From the NCBI GenBank assembly GCA_903862655.1, contig CAIOZA010000024.1:11716-75715 (forward strand): a stretch of DNA of 64,000 nt, read 5' to 3'. The stretch comes from an uncultured Ignavibacteria bacterium (GTDB lineage Bacteria; Bacteroidota; Ignavibacteria; Kapaibacteriales; UBA2268). Positions 28,552 through 38,918 of this stretch are shown piece after piece (within the stretch, counting starts at the first letter, position 1; every line of letters starts with the position of its first letter). Below the pieces are notes generated by a model. The model did not search any database and was not told where the DNA came from. It saw only the letters and a list, made by a program, of their open reading frames with translations. The translations under genes and the position numbers were made by a program.

Positions 28552-29499
28552 ATGCCAACATCAATTTCTAACGGTGGACGAATTCGCACCAACACGCCAG
28601 CTGAAAATGCATACAATGCATTATTCAACGCTTCACAACAAATAGCCACAAAACAGCTAAGATTATCAACAGGCAAGCGCATTAATACAGCTGCTGATGA
28701 TGTCGCGGGCTATGTAACAGCAAGATCCCTTTCTTCACGTAACGGTGCTTTAAATACAGCTTTAAAAGCAGCTGGTGAAGCTACCAACATCACAAGTGTT
28801 GTACAGGATGCTTATGACAACATCGCTGGTCTGTTAACTCAGATTAAAGATGCTGCAGCACAGGCATCATCGGGCGCACTTGGAACAGATGAAAAAGTTG
28901 CTTTGGCTAAAGCAGCATTCAGACTAGGCGAGCAAATTCAGCTTGTAGCTGATTCGACAGTTTTCGGTGGTAAGCAGCTAATAGGTGGTGCATACACAGG
29001 ATCATGGGTCGTAGGTTATACTCAGAGTAACTCATTACTTACGCTAGACATTAACTTAGCCACAACAAATACAACACAATTCAACGTAACAAACGCTGGT
29101 GGTTTTGACATTAATGCAACTACCGGAAGTGGCGTAGCTAACTTTGCAGGTGTTTCCGGCTTAAACCTAAAAGCTCTAGATTCAGTTTCTGATTCTAGTT
29201 TAGGTATCTTCTCTACAGATAATATTAGTGCAACACTAACCAGTTTGGCCACAGCTTTGAATAATGTTAACAAGGTTGCTGCTTATGTCGGTGGAATTCA
29301 GGCAAGAATTGGTTCACAGGAAGACTTGCTCAGATCACAGATCACAAACTATAACGCTGCTATTTCCAGAATTCAGGATGCTGACGTAGCACAGGAACAG
29401 ATGGATTTAGTTCGGGCACAATTTTTGCAGCAAGCATCTTTAGTATCTTTAGCACAGGCTAATCAGAATCCATCAGCATTTTTACAATTACTTAGATAA
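28552..29499 (+). CDS. fliC: flagellin
   Basis: 315 aa. N-terminal D0/D1 (LRLSTGKRINTAADDVAGYVTARSL) and C-terminal (IQDADVAQEQMDLVRAQFLQQASLVSLAQANQNPSAFLQLLR) flagellin signatures. Confidence 0.85.
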   Translation: MPTSISNGGRIRTNTPAENAYNALFNASQQIATKQLRLSTGKRINTAADDVAGYVTARSLSSRNGALNTALKAAGEATNITSVVQDAYDNIAGLLTQIKDAAAQASSGALGTDEKVALAKAAFRLGEQIQLVADSTVFGGKQLIGGAYTGSWVVGYTQSNSLLTLDINLATTNTTQFNVTNAGGFDINATTGSGVANFAGVSGLNLKALDSVSDSSLGIFSTDNISATLTSLATALNNVNKVAAYVGGIQARIGSQEDLLRSQITNYNAAISRIQDADVAQEQMDLVRAQFLQQASLVSLAQANQNPSAFLQLLR

Positions 29500-29518
29500 A
29501 AATGATGCTGGTTTTAAT

Positions 29519-29546
29519 AACTGATTAGTTTTTTGAAAAATCAGTT
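29519..29546 (+). terminator. stem-loop downstream of fliC (weak terminator/attenuator)
   Basis: AACTGATT-agttttttgaaa-AATCAGTT, an 8-bp perfect stem. No strong T-run follows. Confidence 0.25.
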
Positions 29547-29620
29547 TGATAGAAGGAAGGCGGGGAACAATAATTTCCCTGCCATTTCTTCGTTAGAACA
29601 AAGAATTTGAAAGGAAGAAT

Positions 29621-29980
29621 ATGTCTTCAATTGCTGCGAAGCAAATTGCTGCAGGTAGGGCATACGGTGGAAATAAAGAAGGATTGATACCGGCTTATTT
29701 TGAACAGGAAGTTCTCTTGTGGAGCAAGGAAAAACTCATTCTTAAAATGTATGACCTTTTTCTTGTAAGCAATAAGAAAAAAGATTTCGTTAAAATGAAT
29801 AGAGTACTGATTGAATTAATGAGTGCGCTAAATTTCGATTACGAAGAGCAGGCTACAAGACTTTACAGATTGTATGAATTTTGCCAGAGATGTATCTTTC
29901 AGAAAAAATATGATAATGCTGAATACATTATCAGGGAACTTCGGGATTCTTGGGCACAGGCTTTTAAAATTGAAGGTTAA
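29621..29980 (+). CDS. fliS: flagellar export chaperone FliS
   Basis: 119 aa. Helical protein with the FliS-like pattern (…LILKMYDLFLVS…VLIELMSALNFDYEEQATRLYRLYEFC…IIRELRDSWAQAF). Lies between fliC and fliD. Confidence 0.55.
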   Translation: MSSIAAKQIAAGRAYGGNKEGLIPAYFEQEVLLWSKEKLILKMYDLFLVSNKKKDFVKMNRVLIELMSALNFDYEEQATRLYRLYEFCQRCIFQKKYDNAEYIIRELRDSWAQAFKIEG

Positions 29981-30004
29981 TTATTAATTTATTATTGATA
30001 TAAA

Positions 30005-31441
30005 ATGGCATCAGATTTATTTGGATCGTTTCTATCGACAGCAACTGGCACAGCGGCTTCTACGTCCTCGAGTCAGGCACTTGTTGATGCTTTCAAACTG
30101 AGCAAGAAACCTGCGGTTGATACGTTGACCACAAGGAAATCTACTCTAGAAAGTAATCGGTCATTTTATACAGGATTAAAAAGCAGAATTGATTCTTTAG
30201 TGTCACAAATAGACAAATTTTCTGCATCAACTGCTCAAACCAAATTCAAAGCTAAGAGTGTAACTTCATCCAATACAGCAATAGCAACTGTTACTGCAGA
30301 TGGTACAGCTACAATCGGAATTAATACACTTAAAATCAACCAGTTAGCAAATAATGACATACTTGTTGGTAAGCAATTAGCAATTGGTAGTTCAGATCTG
30401 TTTAGTCCAACTGGTACAGACATGACTTTCAAAGTAAACAGTAAAGATGTAAAAGTTACTATTGCAGCCGGTGCAACAAATGAGCAGGCTATGCAAGCTA
30501 TTGCCAAAGCTATTAACGGAGTTACCGACATAAATGTTACTGCGTCGTATATTAAAGATACTTCATCAACTGGTAGATTAACAATAACGTCTTCTAATAC
30601 CGGATCTGACAATAAAATTACCTTTAATGATAATTCGAGCGGAGTTCTGAATGCTCTTGGATTTAATAATGTTGATTCAAGTGCCACCGACAGAACTCAG
30701 GCTGTATCCGGCAATACCCAGGCGTATTATAAATCTTCAGCTGTCGATAATTTGAATGCTAAAGCTGAAATCAATGGTATCCAAATCACGCGTGGAACAA
30801 ATTCCATTAGTGATGTTATAGCAGGAGTAACCTTAAATCTGTTAAAACCTCAGGATGTAGCTGAACAGTCACTGACATTAACAACGGGTATTGATACAAC
30901 AGCAGTAACCAGTTTGATTAATCCAATTCTTACAGCTTACAATGATGCATTGAAATACGTTAAGAGTAATACTAATTTGTCCAGAAATGATCCGGCAATA
31001 AACTCACTATATAGCTCGCTTCGTTCTTTGTCATCTCAGGAAATAACTTCTGTTACTTCCGGAGATCCAAAGTTTTTAGCAGAAGTAGGCATAAAGGCAG
31101 CTTCTGATGGAACATTGTCGATTTCAGACAGCACAAAGCTAACTGATCTGCTCAAAGATGATCCTAATAAAGTAGCTAATCTGTTTACAGGTAGTGACGG
31201 TTTTGCACAAAAAATTAATGGGATGGTAAGCAGGCTTACCGGCGACACAGGCATAATCAAATCTAAGACAACAGCTCTGAATTCTCAGATTGATTATACA
31301 GGTAAAAGAATTGATAAGCTTAACGCCTCAATCGAAACGCAAGCTCAGGCTTACAGAAAACAATATGAATCAATGCTTTCGTCTTATATGAAGGCACAGA
31401 GTCAGTATACAAGTTTAGGAGCGTATACAACAACAGCTTAA
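30005..31441 (+). CDS. fliD: flagellar filament cap protein FliD
   Basis: 478 aa. Ser/Thr/Ala/Asn-rich with conserved N- and C-terminal helical regions (…NTLKINQLANND… and …QAQAYRKQYESMLSSYMKAQSQYTSL). Adjacent to fliC/fliS. Confidence 0.7.
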   Translation: MASDLFGSFLSTATGTAASTSSSQALVDAFKLSKKPAVDTLTTRKSTLESNRSFYTGLKSRIDSLVSQIDKFSASTAQTKFKAKSVTSSNTAIATVTADGTATIGINTLKINQLANNDILVGKQLAIGSSDLFSPTGTDMTFKVNSKDVKVTIAAGATNEQAMQAIAKAINGVTDINVTASYIKDTSSTGRLTITSSNTGSDNKITFNDNSSGVLNALGFNNVDSSATDRTQAVSGNTQAYYKSSAVDNLNAKAEINGIQITRGTNSISDVIAGVTLNLLKPQDVAEQSLTLTTGIDTTAVTSLINPILTAYNDALKYVKSNTNLSRNDPAINSLYSSLRSLSSQEITSVTSGDPKFLAEVGIKAASDGTLSISDSTKLTDLLKDDPNKVANLFTGSDGFAQKINGMVSRLTGDTGIIKSKTTALNSQIDYTGKRIDKLNASIETQAQAYRKQYESMLSSYMKAQSQYTSLGAYTTTA

Positions 31442-31540
31442 AACTAAATTTGTAGGATTATGATTATTAGGAATTCAGGAAGAAATTAAATCAGGAGACT
31501 AGGAAGTTCTTTTCAACATAGTTGAAACAAGGAGGGTGCC

Positions 31541-31960
31541 ATGGTGAATCCAATGCAGGGTATTTCTACTCTCGTTACGGCATCTGTAGAAAATATTAAA
31601 TTTAAGGATAAAGTACAGAAAGAAGAAAATAAGCCGAATATCACGACTAAAGTTCTTACGAATACCGCTGATAAGTATTCCGGGCCTGGAGCCGAAAGCA
31701 CAAAAAATGATTCGGTTTTAGCCGACGCTAAAGTCGTTGATTATTCGGAATTATCTAAGAAACTTCAGGAGATAATAGGTGCTCCTAATACTTATTTTGA
31801 ATTCTCTCTTGATGCTGACACAAAAAAGCTGGTTATCAAAGTGATAAATGCGGATACGAAAGAAGTAGTCCAACAATATCCGCCTGAAGTAGCATTAAAA
31901 ATAGCTAAAATTGTCTCTCAGAGGCTTGAGGCTGGTCAGTTAACAAATGCAGTTGTATGA
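31541..31960 (+). CDS. flaG: flagellar protein FlaG
   Basis: 139 aa. C-terminal YFEFSLDADTKKLVIKVINADTKEVVQQYPPEVALKIAKIV matches the FlaG family core (…v.vid..T.evIRqiP.E..l…). Confidence 0.6.
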   Translation: MVNPMQGISTLVTASVENIKFKDKVQKEENKPNITTKVLTNTADKYSGPGAESTKNDSVLADAKVVDYSELSKKLQEIIGAPNTYFEFSLDADTKKLVIKVINADTKEVVQQYPPEVALKIAKIVSQRLEAGQLTNAVV

Positions 31961-32294
31961 AGAAATAAATAATATTCTACAGGAAATTGAAATAGCGACC
32001 GATTTTATTGGGTCTATTTTTGATAAAAATGAAAATTTAACTGAAAATGATATTGATCAGTTAGCTATAACTCTCGAAGTTAGAGAGGGTTATCTGGAGG
32101 AACTAAAGTTTATTTATGATTCTGCCGATACTGTAAGTGAACAGAGAATGAAAATAAATGAATTTGTTAGTTCGATTAAGGGTAAAGAAAAGAAGAATTT
32201 GATCAAATTTGACACTCAGATTAAACTATTAGGCTCAAAGATCAGATTACTTAATAAACAAAAGAATCTCAAAATATATACACAATGGAGTTAG
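31947..32294 (+). CDS. hypothetical flagellar-locus helical protein (possible FliT/FlgN-like chaperone)
   Basis: 115 aa. Acidic/helical, no signal peptide. Overlaps flaG by 14 nt. Assignment by context only. Confidence 0.3.
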   Translation: MQLYEEINNILQEIEIATDFIGSIFDKNENLTENDIDQLAITLEVREGYLEELKFIYDSADTVSEQRMKINEFVSSIKGKEKKNLIKFDTQIKLLGSKIRLLNKQKNLKIYTQWS

Positions 32295-32563
32295 ATATGA
32301 ACTCAGTTAGTTCAATCAAAGTAGACAGTAATATTAAAGTTCAAGAGACGCAGGAACTACAGAAACAGACAGAGAATGTAAAATCTCTTGATCAAACCTC
32401 TCAGGTTCAGAGAAAAGACTCTCTGGAGCTTTCCGAAGAAGGGAAAAAGCTTCAGTCTGTGCAAGCGCAAGCTCAACAGGGATTTTACAATAATCCTGAA
32501 GTTTTGGCGGCTACAGCTGTTAATGTTTCCAATGCTTTCCCTAAGGGTTCATTAGGAGCTTAA
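32285..32563 (+). CDS. hypothetical Gln/Ser-rich small protein in the flagellar locus
   Basis: 92 aa. Overlaps the previous ORF by 10 nt. FlgM considered, but the C-terminal FlgM helix motif is not evident. Confidence 0.3.
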   Translation: MELDMNSVSSIKVDSNIKVQETQELQKQTENVKSLDQTSQVQRKDSLELSEEGKKLQSVQAQAQQGFYNNPEVLAATAVNVSNAFPKGSLGA

Positions 32564-32603
32564 AGTAAAACAAAAATGCTTTTTCTTGGTTACTAAAAAA
32601 AAT

Positions 32604-32641
32604 GAGATTTCACAAATATTTTGTGAGAAATCATTTTTTTC
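32604..32641 (+). terminator. rho-independent terminator closing the flagellar filament operon
   Basis: AGATTTCACAAA-tattt-TGTGAGAAATC near-perfect palindrome, followed by ATTTTTTTC. Confidence 0.45.
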
Positions 32642-32798
32642 TTTTATTAATCCGTTCTTTTTCATATATTATTTTAAATATAGATAGAAACTTACTTTTT
32701 GTTGCAGCTTCTATCGGTTTGATTAGTTTTCTCTTTAAGATATACTCGGCAGGTCAGTATTTAACGATAGATAAGTTTAGATTAGAAGAGAGGTTAAT

Positions 32799-33233
32799 AT
32801 GTCAAGAACACTGAATAAAGTGATGCTTATTGGTAACGTTGGGAGGGATCCCGAATTAAAATTCACTCCTAGTGGTATTCCGGTTACGTCTTTCAGGCTT
32901 GCTACATCAGAATCCTGGAAAGACAGAGATGGTAATTTGATGGAGCATACAGACTGGCATTCTGTTGTGGCATGGCGCGGTCTAGCGGAAGTGATTCATA
33001 AACTAGTTAAAAAAGGGTCGAGGATTTATCTCGAAGGCAAGATACAAACCAGAACTCTTGACGATAAAGTGGGTGGAAGAAAGCATATTGTTGAGGTATT
33101 AGCCGAAAATATGCTGATTCTGGAAGGACGCAAGGATAAGCCTGAAGATGAAATTGACTTTAAAGAGTTTTCAGCTGATACTTCTTTCGATTATCATATA
33201 GGACAACCACCAGCTTTTGAAGAACTGTCTTAA
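32799..33233 (+). CDS. ssb: single-stranded DNA-binding protein (atypical C-terminus)
   Basis: 144 aa. N-terminal OB-fold signature (LNKVMLIGNVGRDPELKFTPSGIPVTSFRLATSESWKDRDG…TDWHSVVAWRGLAEV…GSRIYLEGKIQTR). Tail ends …PPAFEELS, not the canonical acidic DD(I/L)PF. Confidence 0.8.
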   Translation: MSRTLNKVMLIGNVGRDPELKFTPSGIPVTSFRLATSESWKDRDGNLMEHTDWHSVVAWRGLAEVIHKLVKKGSRIYLEGKIQTRTLDDKVGGRKHIVEVLAENMLILEGRKDKPEDEIDFKEFSADTSFDYHIGQPPAFEELS

Positions 33234-33491
33234 TATTTCGTTAAAATTGCTTTATCAAAGGTTTCAATAAAATATTTGAAGCTACAAATCGATTATACCG
33301 ATGAAAATAATCAAGAGATTTTATCAAAATTAGCGAATGTCAAGAACGTCTCTCTTTCGATCACGCAGTAAAAGCGAAGCTAATGGAGGAATCTATTGAA
33401 TATTAATGTGTTATAGAAAATGGGACAAACCTGGAATGACAAAGTTAGGTACTTTTAGTTGGTCTCCTTTAATGAATGGATATTGTAAATC

Positions 33492-34439
33492 ATGGTAAAT
33501 CAAAGAAGAACTGAAATTAAAGTTGGTCTGGTAACTCTGGCGGCTTTATTGATTCTTATTATTGGTATTTCACTTGCGAGAGGTTGCAGTGTTTCGATAA
33601 ATCAAAGAACTGTAAAGTTTAGATTCGATCGCTCAGGGGGTCTTCAAGTTTCTAACCCTATCGTAGTCAACGGTGTACATCGTGGTATTGTGAATATTGT
33701 GAAAAATGATGCCGGTTCTGTTTATATTGAAGGTACAATTGATTTTTCAGATGATGTATTCGATGATGCATCAGCAAAAATTTCTATACTCGAGATTACA
33801 GGTGGTAAGAAAATTGAGCTGAATCCCGGAAGAAGTGGTAAGAAGTTTGATTTCGAAAAAGAAATTCCCGGAAAAAATTCTGCTGATATTGGCGATTTGG
33901 TTGCTTTTGTTGGCGATCTAAGTACTGATGCTGTTATTCTTGTTCATCGTATGGACACACTCATGGCTAAATTCAATGAACTCCTTGTAGATAAAAAGCT
34001 CGGAGAAAAGCTTAATAATATAGCAACCAATGCTGACATTATGCTGACCGATGCCAAATCAATGCTTGCAATAAACAAAGAAAATATTAATATTACTCTT
34101 AAAAATGTTAGAATATTAACTGAAAGTCTTGGTAAGGACTACAAAAAATATGAGCCACGACTCGACACTCTTCTTACAAATTTAACTCAGACCTTGAATG
34201 AAGCTAAGAAGACAATTGTAAAAGCCGATACAAGCCTAACGTCAATCAATTCAATTCTGGCTGATGCAAAGAACATTACTAATGAAATTATAACCGGCAG
34301 AGGTACTCTTTCGCGTCTTATCTACGATCCGAATCTGAGTGCAAAGATGGATTCTACAATAACTCAACTGGCAATCCTAGTTAAACAAATACAAGATTAT
34401 GGTGTAAACGTTAATTTAAGACTTGGTACAAGACCATAA
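33492..34439 (+). CDS. MCE/MlaD-family protein
   Basis: N-terminal TM anchor followed by an MCE domain (…VKFRFDRSGGLQVSNPIVVNGVHRGIVNIV…). Long helical C-terminal extension. No adjacent mlaE/mlaF. Confidence 0.6.
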   Translation: MVNQRRTEIKVGLVTLAALLILIIGISLARGCSVSINQRTVKFRFDRSGGLQVSNPIVVNGVHRGIVNIVKNDAGSVYIEGTIDFSDDVFDDASAKISILEITGGKKIELNPGRSGKKFDFEKEIPGKNSADIGDLVAFVGDLSTDAVILVHRMDTLMAKFNELLVDKKLGEKLNNIATNADIMLTDAKSMLAINKENINITLKNVRILTESLGKDYKKYEPRLDTLLTNLTQTLNEAKKTIVKADTSLTSINSILADAKNITNEIITGRGTLSRLIYDPNLSAKMDSTITQLAILVKQIQDYGVNVNLRLGTRP

Positions 34440-34651
34440 AAAACGATATTTATCTGAATCTAAAGTCGACTTTATAATATTATTTGTTTTTTGTTAATCT
34501 GAACGAAGTGAAAAATCTAGTACACGTAATGTTTCTAGATTCTTCACTTTTCTTCATTATATTCAAAATGAAACTTTTATGATAAATTTTTAAGATTTCA
34601 ATTTATTGTTGTATGTTTGTTAGTATAAATTTAATCACTTAACATTTTAAT

Positions 34652-35512
34652 ATGATTATGAGAATATTATATACAATCTGTCTTCTTGCTATTATTTCAA
34701 TAGCAAGATTATCTGCTCAGGATACCGAAGGATGCAAGGATCATCCTTTCTTCACAAGACTACCGAACTTTTATATCACAGAATGTCTTGAGAACTTCAA
34801 TTCAATTGACGTTCAAACCGGAGGCAATGAAAAAGTTCAAAAAATAGAAGGCAACGTTACTCATATTGTATATGGGTTCAGCGATGAAAGCGGAGCCAAG
34901 AAACCCAGCCCTCTGCAGATCGTAAAGAATTATGAAAATGCAATTCTGAAAAATCATGGCAAAAAGCTTTACAGTGGTGCTGACAATATTGATGGCGGTG
35001 AGCTTACCGGAACTTTCATTATGAGCAAGGATGGTAAGGATTATTGGGTTGTTGTTAGGAAATTCTACGAGCCTCTTCAGCACGGTGAAGTAGGAGCTTT
35101 TGATCTGTACGTAATAGAGAAAGAGCCAATGAAGCAGGATATTGCCGCTTCCGAAATGTTTGAAGGTCTGACCAGCACAGGTTCTGTTGCTCTTTATATT
35201 AACTTCGAAACAGGAAAAGCTCAGATAAAACCTGAATCTGAAAATATTATTGATCAGATTGTAGAAATGCTCAAATCCAATCCAACCTTAAAAATCAGTT
35301 TAGAAGGTCATACCGACAATGTGGGCAAAGCTGAAGCCAACAAATCACTTTCTCTAAACAGGGCTACTGCTGTTATTAATGATCTTGTCGGTAAAGGGAT
35401 TGATAAATCAAGGCTGAGCGCTAAGGGTTGGGGGCAGGAGAAACCAATTTCGGGCAACGATACAGACGAAGACAGAGCAAAAAATCGGAGAGTTGAAATT
35501 GTAAAACAGTAA
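34652..35512 (+). CDS. OmpA-family peptidoglycan-binding protein
   Basis: Signal peptide. C-terminal OmpA_C motifs (ISLEGHTDNVGKAEANKSLSLNRATAV…GWGQEKPI…NRRVEI). Confidence 0.75.
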   Translation: MIMRILYTICLLAIISIARLSAQDTEGCKDHPFFTRLPNFYITECLENFNSIDVQTGGNEKVQKIEGNVTHIVYGFSDESGAKKPSPLQIVKNYENAILKNHGKKLYSGADNIDGGELTGTFIMSKDGKDYWVVVRKFYEPLQHGEVGAFDLYVIEKEPMKQDIAASEMFEGLTSTGSVALYINFETGKAQIKPESENIIDQIVEMLKSNPTLKISLEGHTDNVGKAEANKSLSLNRATAVINDLVGKGIDKSRLSAKGWGQEKPISGNDTDEDRAKNRRVEIVKQ

Positions 35513-35542
35513 TCAAACCAGAGCTAATCTATAAATTGAAAA

Positions 35543-35577
35543 CCGCCTCTACTGCAAGCAGTAGAAGCGGTTTTTTA
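35543..35577. terminator. bidirectional rho-independent terminator between convergent genes
   Basis: CCGCCTCTACTGC-aagc-GCAGTAGAAGCGG, a 13-bp stem with one mismatch, followed by TTTTTT. Confidence 0.6.
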
Positions 35578-35628
35578 ATATTAGAACAAATTCTTATACT
35601 TTTCTCTAAGACTTCTTGAAAGCTCTAA

Positions 35629-36543
35629 TCAGTTAATGGCAAACTTCAGAAAACCATAAAGAGAATTCATATCGTCTTTGCTCAGCTTCATAACAGATGG
35701 TTTGAAACCACTCTTAAGTGTATTTGTGGAGACAAGTTGAACAAAAACGTTATATTCACTTCTCCATGCACTTGTTTTGAATAGTGTTGCAATTACTTTT
35801 CTCTGATCAGCTGTTACTTTTCTGAAAAGAATGGCCTGCTCTGTCTGATTATCTGCAATTCTTGTTATAATCGAATTAATTGCTTCGTTTAATACCTTAT
35901 TATCGGCAACAAGATTCTTCTCAGCTTTTAGAACTGGAATCTGTGAAGAAGTTCTTCTGGGTGAAGCAAGATCGTAAATATCGTCAATCTGCTTCAGCTC
36001 AGGAACAGTAATCTCGGGGAAACCACCGATCATATTGCGAATGTAGTGAATCACTCCGAATCTGTCTTCAATTGGCAGGAATTCGTAAGCTATCATACCA
36101 GATCCCGGAATGCCTTCTGTCAGAGTCTTGAACATACCACCAATATTTCTTCCGTTTTTCCAGCCTTCTGTCAGAGTGAAATTCCTTGGTTTGGGCATAA
36201 GATTAGCACCACCTGGACCATCTCCACCACCTTTTTCTCCATGGCAGGATGAGCAGGTATTTTTGAATACTTCAGCACCACGAGCCAGCAATTGCTGATT
36301 CGAATAGCCAACATCCATAACATTTACACCTGGCATAGGCTTGCCCTTAACCATGTCGATCGGAACTTCCTTTGTTGTATCTTGTGTTATGACTTGTTTT
36401 ACTTCATCCGGACTCATTTTCTTAATGTCCGGAATCATATTTACATAAGCCATGCTGACGCCTAACCAGATTACACCCGCAATCACAAGAAGCACAGCAA
36501 TGAGACTTAATTTATGTTTTTTCTTTGGAGTATTTTCTTCCAT
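35629..36543 (-). CDS. membrane-anchored monoheme class I cytochrome c with C-terminal extension
   Basis: N-terminal TM helix. CSSCHGEKGGGDGP heme-binding site, Met ligand region (IPGSGMIAY). Last gene of the actABCDEF operon, so plausibly the electron carrier to the cbb3 oxidase. Confidence 0.65.
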   Translation of the reverse strand: MEENTPKKKHKLSLIAVLLVIAGVIWLGVSMAYVNMIPDIKKMSPDEVKQVITQDTTKEVPIDMVKGKPMPGVNVMDVGYSNQQLLARGAEVFKNTCSSCHGEKGGGDGPGGANLMPKPRNFTLTEGWKNGRNIGGMFKTLTEGIPGSGMIAYEFLPIEDRFGVIHYIRNMIGGFPEITVPELKQIDDIYDLASPRRTSSQIPVLKAEKNLVADNKVLNEAINSIITRIADNQTEQAILFRKVTADQRKVIATLFKTSAWRSEYNVFVQLVSTNTLKSGFKPSVMKLSKDDMNSLYGFLKFAIN

Positions 36544-36571
36544 TATTTTACCTTTAAAGCAAATTCAATAA

Positions 36572-37804
36572 TTAAAGATGAAAATCCATAGCTCTTTTTA
36601 GCTTTGGATCGCCAATCGGAATAAGATTTCGCTTAGTATAAGAATATTTAAATAAAATCATTACCAAACCCAGCCCTAAAAGAGGAAATCCTAACTCTGT
36701 CCAGCTGAATACGGCACCTGATTTACTGAATGTTGGCATGATCAACCAATATAGATCAAAGAACTGTGCGAAAATTATCCACCAACCTACATACTTAAGA
36801 CGATTGATATTGCTTTTTGATGGCTGAGAAAGTAATCCGGCATAAGGAATAATAAATTTAATAAAGATTATCCCAATCGAAATATACAGCCAGCTGCCTT
36901 GAGTTCTGGATAAGAACCAGAAAGTTTCTTCCGGAAGGTTAGCATACCAGATAAGCATAAACTGACTGAATGCGATATAAGCCCAGAAATTGATAAATGC
37001 AAAAAGAAATGCACCCAGATTGTAAAAATGATCCTTTGTGATCCACGATGGCAATGCTCCAAAGCTTTTAAGTTTAATCGCTATCAATGTAATCGCTGCA
37101 AATGCTGTCAAAAGCGATCCTGCAAAATAGTAAACACCAAAAATGGTAGAGAACCAAAGCGGCTCTAAACTCATAATCCAGTCGATACCAATAAGAGTTA
37201 TTCCGAGACCGAAGATTGGCATTAATCCTGCTGATAATCTAATATTCTTCTTTGTAAGATTCTGATCGGAATTGTTGTCCTGCTTGGCTGAGTTTCTGAT
37301 AATAACGATGGAAAACAAACCAACCAGCACTATAATCGCAGTAATTCTGATATAGAAGAACTGAGGATTAAGGAATGCTGTCTTAGCCATAACCGTTTTG
37401 TGTAAAGTCAAGTATTCCGGGTTTGCCCATTGAAACACATGCGAGAAGTTGAAGAAAACAGGAATTGCAAATATTGGTGCAATGAATACTAATGGCACAA
37501 GGTATTCTGCAATTCTTCTGAATGGTACACTCCAAACAGCACCTGTCAGATATTCAAGTCCTATCAGGAACAATGAGCACATTCCCATTCCAATCAGGAA
37601 TACAAAAACGATTAAACTATCGAATGATGCCCTGACCGGGTCTGCAACAAGAGCAAGAATAGAAAGAATCAAACCCAATGCTGCAAAACCTAGCCCATAA
37701 GTTCCGAATTTCGGAGGTAGGGGCTTCTTTACGTAATCATGATTATTTTGATTCATTGAAATCTTCCTCCTTGGGATTAAATGCTCTCTGTAGTGATCGT
37801 ACAT
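36572..37804 (-). CDS. actF: alternative complex III subunit ActF (NrfD-like membrane subunit)
   Basis: 410 aa polytopic membrane protein, paralogous in architecture to ActC. Position after actDE. Start may be the Met at 37756. Confidence 0.65.
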   Translation of the reverse strand: MYDHYREHLIPRRKISMNQNNHDYVKKPLPPKFGTYGLGFAALGLILSILALVADPVRASFDSLIVFVFLIGMGMCSLFLIGLEYLTGAVWSVPFRRIAEYLVPLVFIAPIFAIPVFFNFSHVFQWANPEYLTLHKTVMAKTAFLNPQFFYIRITAIIVLVGLFSIVIIRNSAKQDNNSDQNLTKKNIRLSAGLMPIFGLGITLIGIDWIMSLEPLWFSTIFGVYYFAGSLLTAFAAITLIAIKLKSFGALPSWITKDHFYNLGAFLFAFINFWAYIAFSQFMLIWYANLPEETFWFLSRTQGSWLYISIGIIFIKFIIPYAGLLSQPSKSNINRLKYVGWWIIFAQFFDLYWLIMPTFSKSGAVFSWTELGFPLLGLGLVMILFKYSYTKRNLIPIGDPKLKRAMDFHL

Positions 37805-38918
37805 AATTTATAACAGCCCATCTCTCGTCTCTGCTTAACTGTTTTGCATAAGACGGCATTACATTCTGACCGAATGTAATCACATGATATATTCTTCCGT
37901 CGGGCCAGTTTCTGACCTTCTTGGAGTGAAGCGTCGGCGGATTGGGGAAGAGGCCTCTTAATCTGCTATCACCTTTGGCATAATTGCCATGGCAAGGACT
38001 GCAGAAAGTTTTGAATTTGGCTTCGCCTTTAGCTAATACAGCATCGGTCATCTCCAAAGGATTGATTAAGAAGGTTCCGGCAGAATCAGGTGAGGCTTTG
38101 AATTCTTCGGGTATAAAATCCCTTGGAACTGTACCTTCAACTGCATCTCTCATGCCAAAGCCATCTTTAAAGAAATCAGATGGTGCCTGTGCATTGATTC
38201 TATCCTGATTAAGCATCCAGTTGTAAGGTGTCATGAACATAAGTTTATTTGTAACAAAGTAAACAGCCCCACTGACAACAATAGCCGAACAAAGAAGAAA
38301 AATAATAAAATTCTTTGTGAAGATTGGCAATGTATTAATCTTTGGATAATATATTGATTCAATATTTGTTGCTCCAAGACCTGCAAGAAAATCTTTTACT
38401 TCTGCTTCACTGAACAGTTTATCTTCTGCTTCAATGCACAATCCAAACATATCAGAAGTACAATGCTTAATATAGTCTGTATCATGCAAAGGATTGGAAT
38501 TGTCTGGCATTTTGAAAAACACAAACAACAAACTCAACACTGTTCCAATTGCAGCAAAAAGCACAGTAAGCTCGAATGTAATCGGGATTAATGCAGGCAG
38601 AGGGAAGTTTGGCTTACCACCGATATTCAATGGATAAGCTATGTTGAAAACCCAATACATGAACGAAAGTGCAACTGCAGTTCCAGTTAGACCAAATGCC
38701 AACGCAAAATATCCCATTGTCGATGGCTTTAGCTTCATTGCCGAATCCATGCCATGAACCGGATAAGGAGTATTAATGTCGTAATGCTTATAACCCTTCT
38801 CTATTGTCTTTTCGGCAGCATGGATTATTGAATCCGGAGTGGAAAACAGTCCGACAACTGAATGTAGCTTTTTATTTTCCATTGTTACTCTCTGCTTTGT
38901 GGTGAGTTGGTTGAGCAC
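37743..38918 (-). CDS. alternative complex III ActD-ActE fusion (membrane DUF3341 domain + monoheme cytochrome c)
   Basis: The N-terminal half has the ActD-like two-TM region. The C-terminal half carries CSPCHGN and …[10 protein letters not shown]… (monoheme cytochrome c = ActE). Confidence 0.65.
   Translation of the reverse strand: MLNQLTTKQRVTMENKKLHSVVGLFSTPDSIIHAAEKTIEKGYKHYDINTPYPVHGMDSAMKLKPSTMGYFALAFGLTGTAVALSFMYWVFNIAYPLNIGGKPNFPLPALIPITFELTVLFAAIGTVLSLLFVFFKMPDNSNPLHDTDYIKHCTSDMFGLCIEAEDKLFSEAEVKDFLAGLGATNIESIYYPKINTLPIFTKNFIIFLLCSAIVVSGAVYFVTNKLMFMTPYNWMLNQDRINAQAPSDFFKDGFGMRDAVEGTVPRDFIPEEFKASPDSAGTFLINPLEMTDAVLAKGEAKFKTFCSPCHGNYAKGDSRLRGLFPNPPTLHSKKVRNWPDGRIYHVITFGQNVMPSYAKQLSRDERWAVINYVRSLQRAFNPKEEDFNESK

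Noticed and set aside
32602-32814. 70-aa ORF in the spacer between the flagellar locus and ssb
   Set aside because: AT-rich low-complexity translation (FFLLLIRSFSYIILNI). The region contains the terminator palindrome and likely the ssb promoter.
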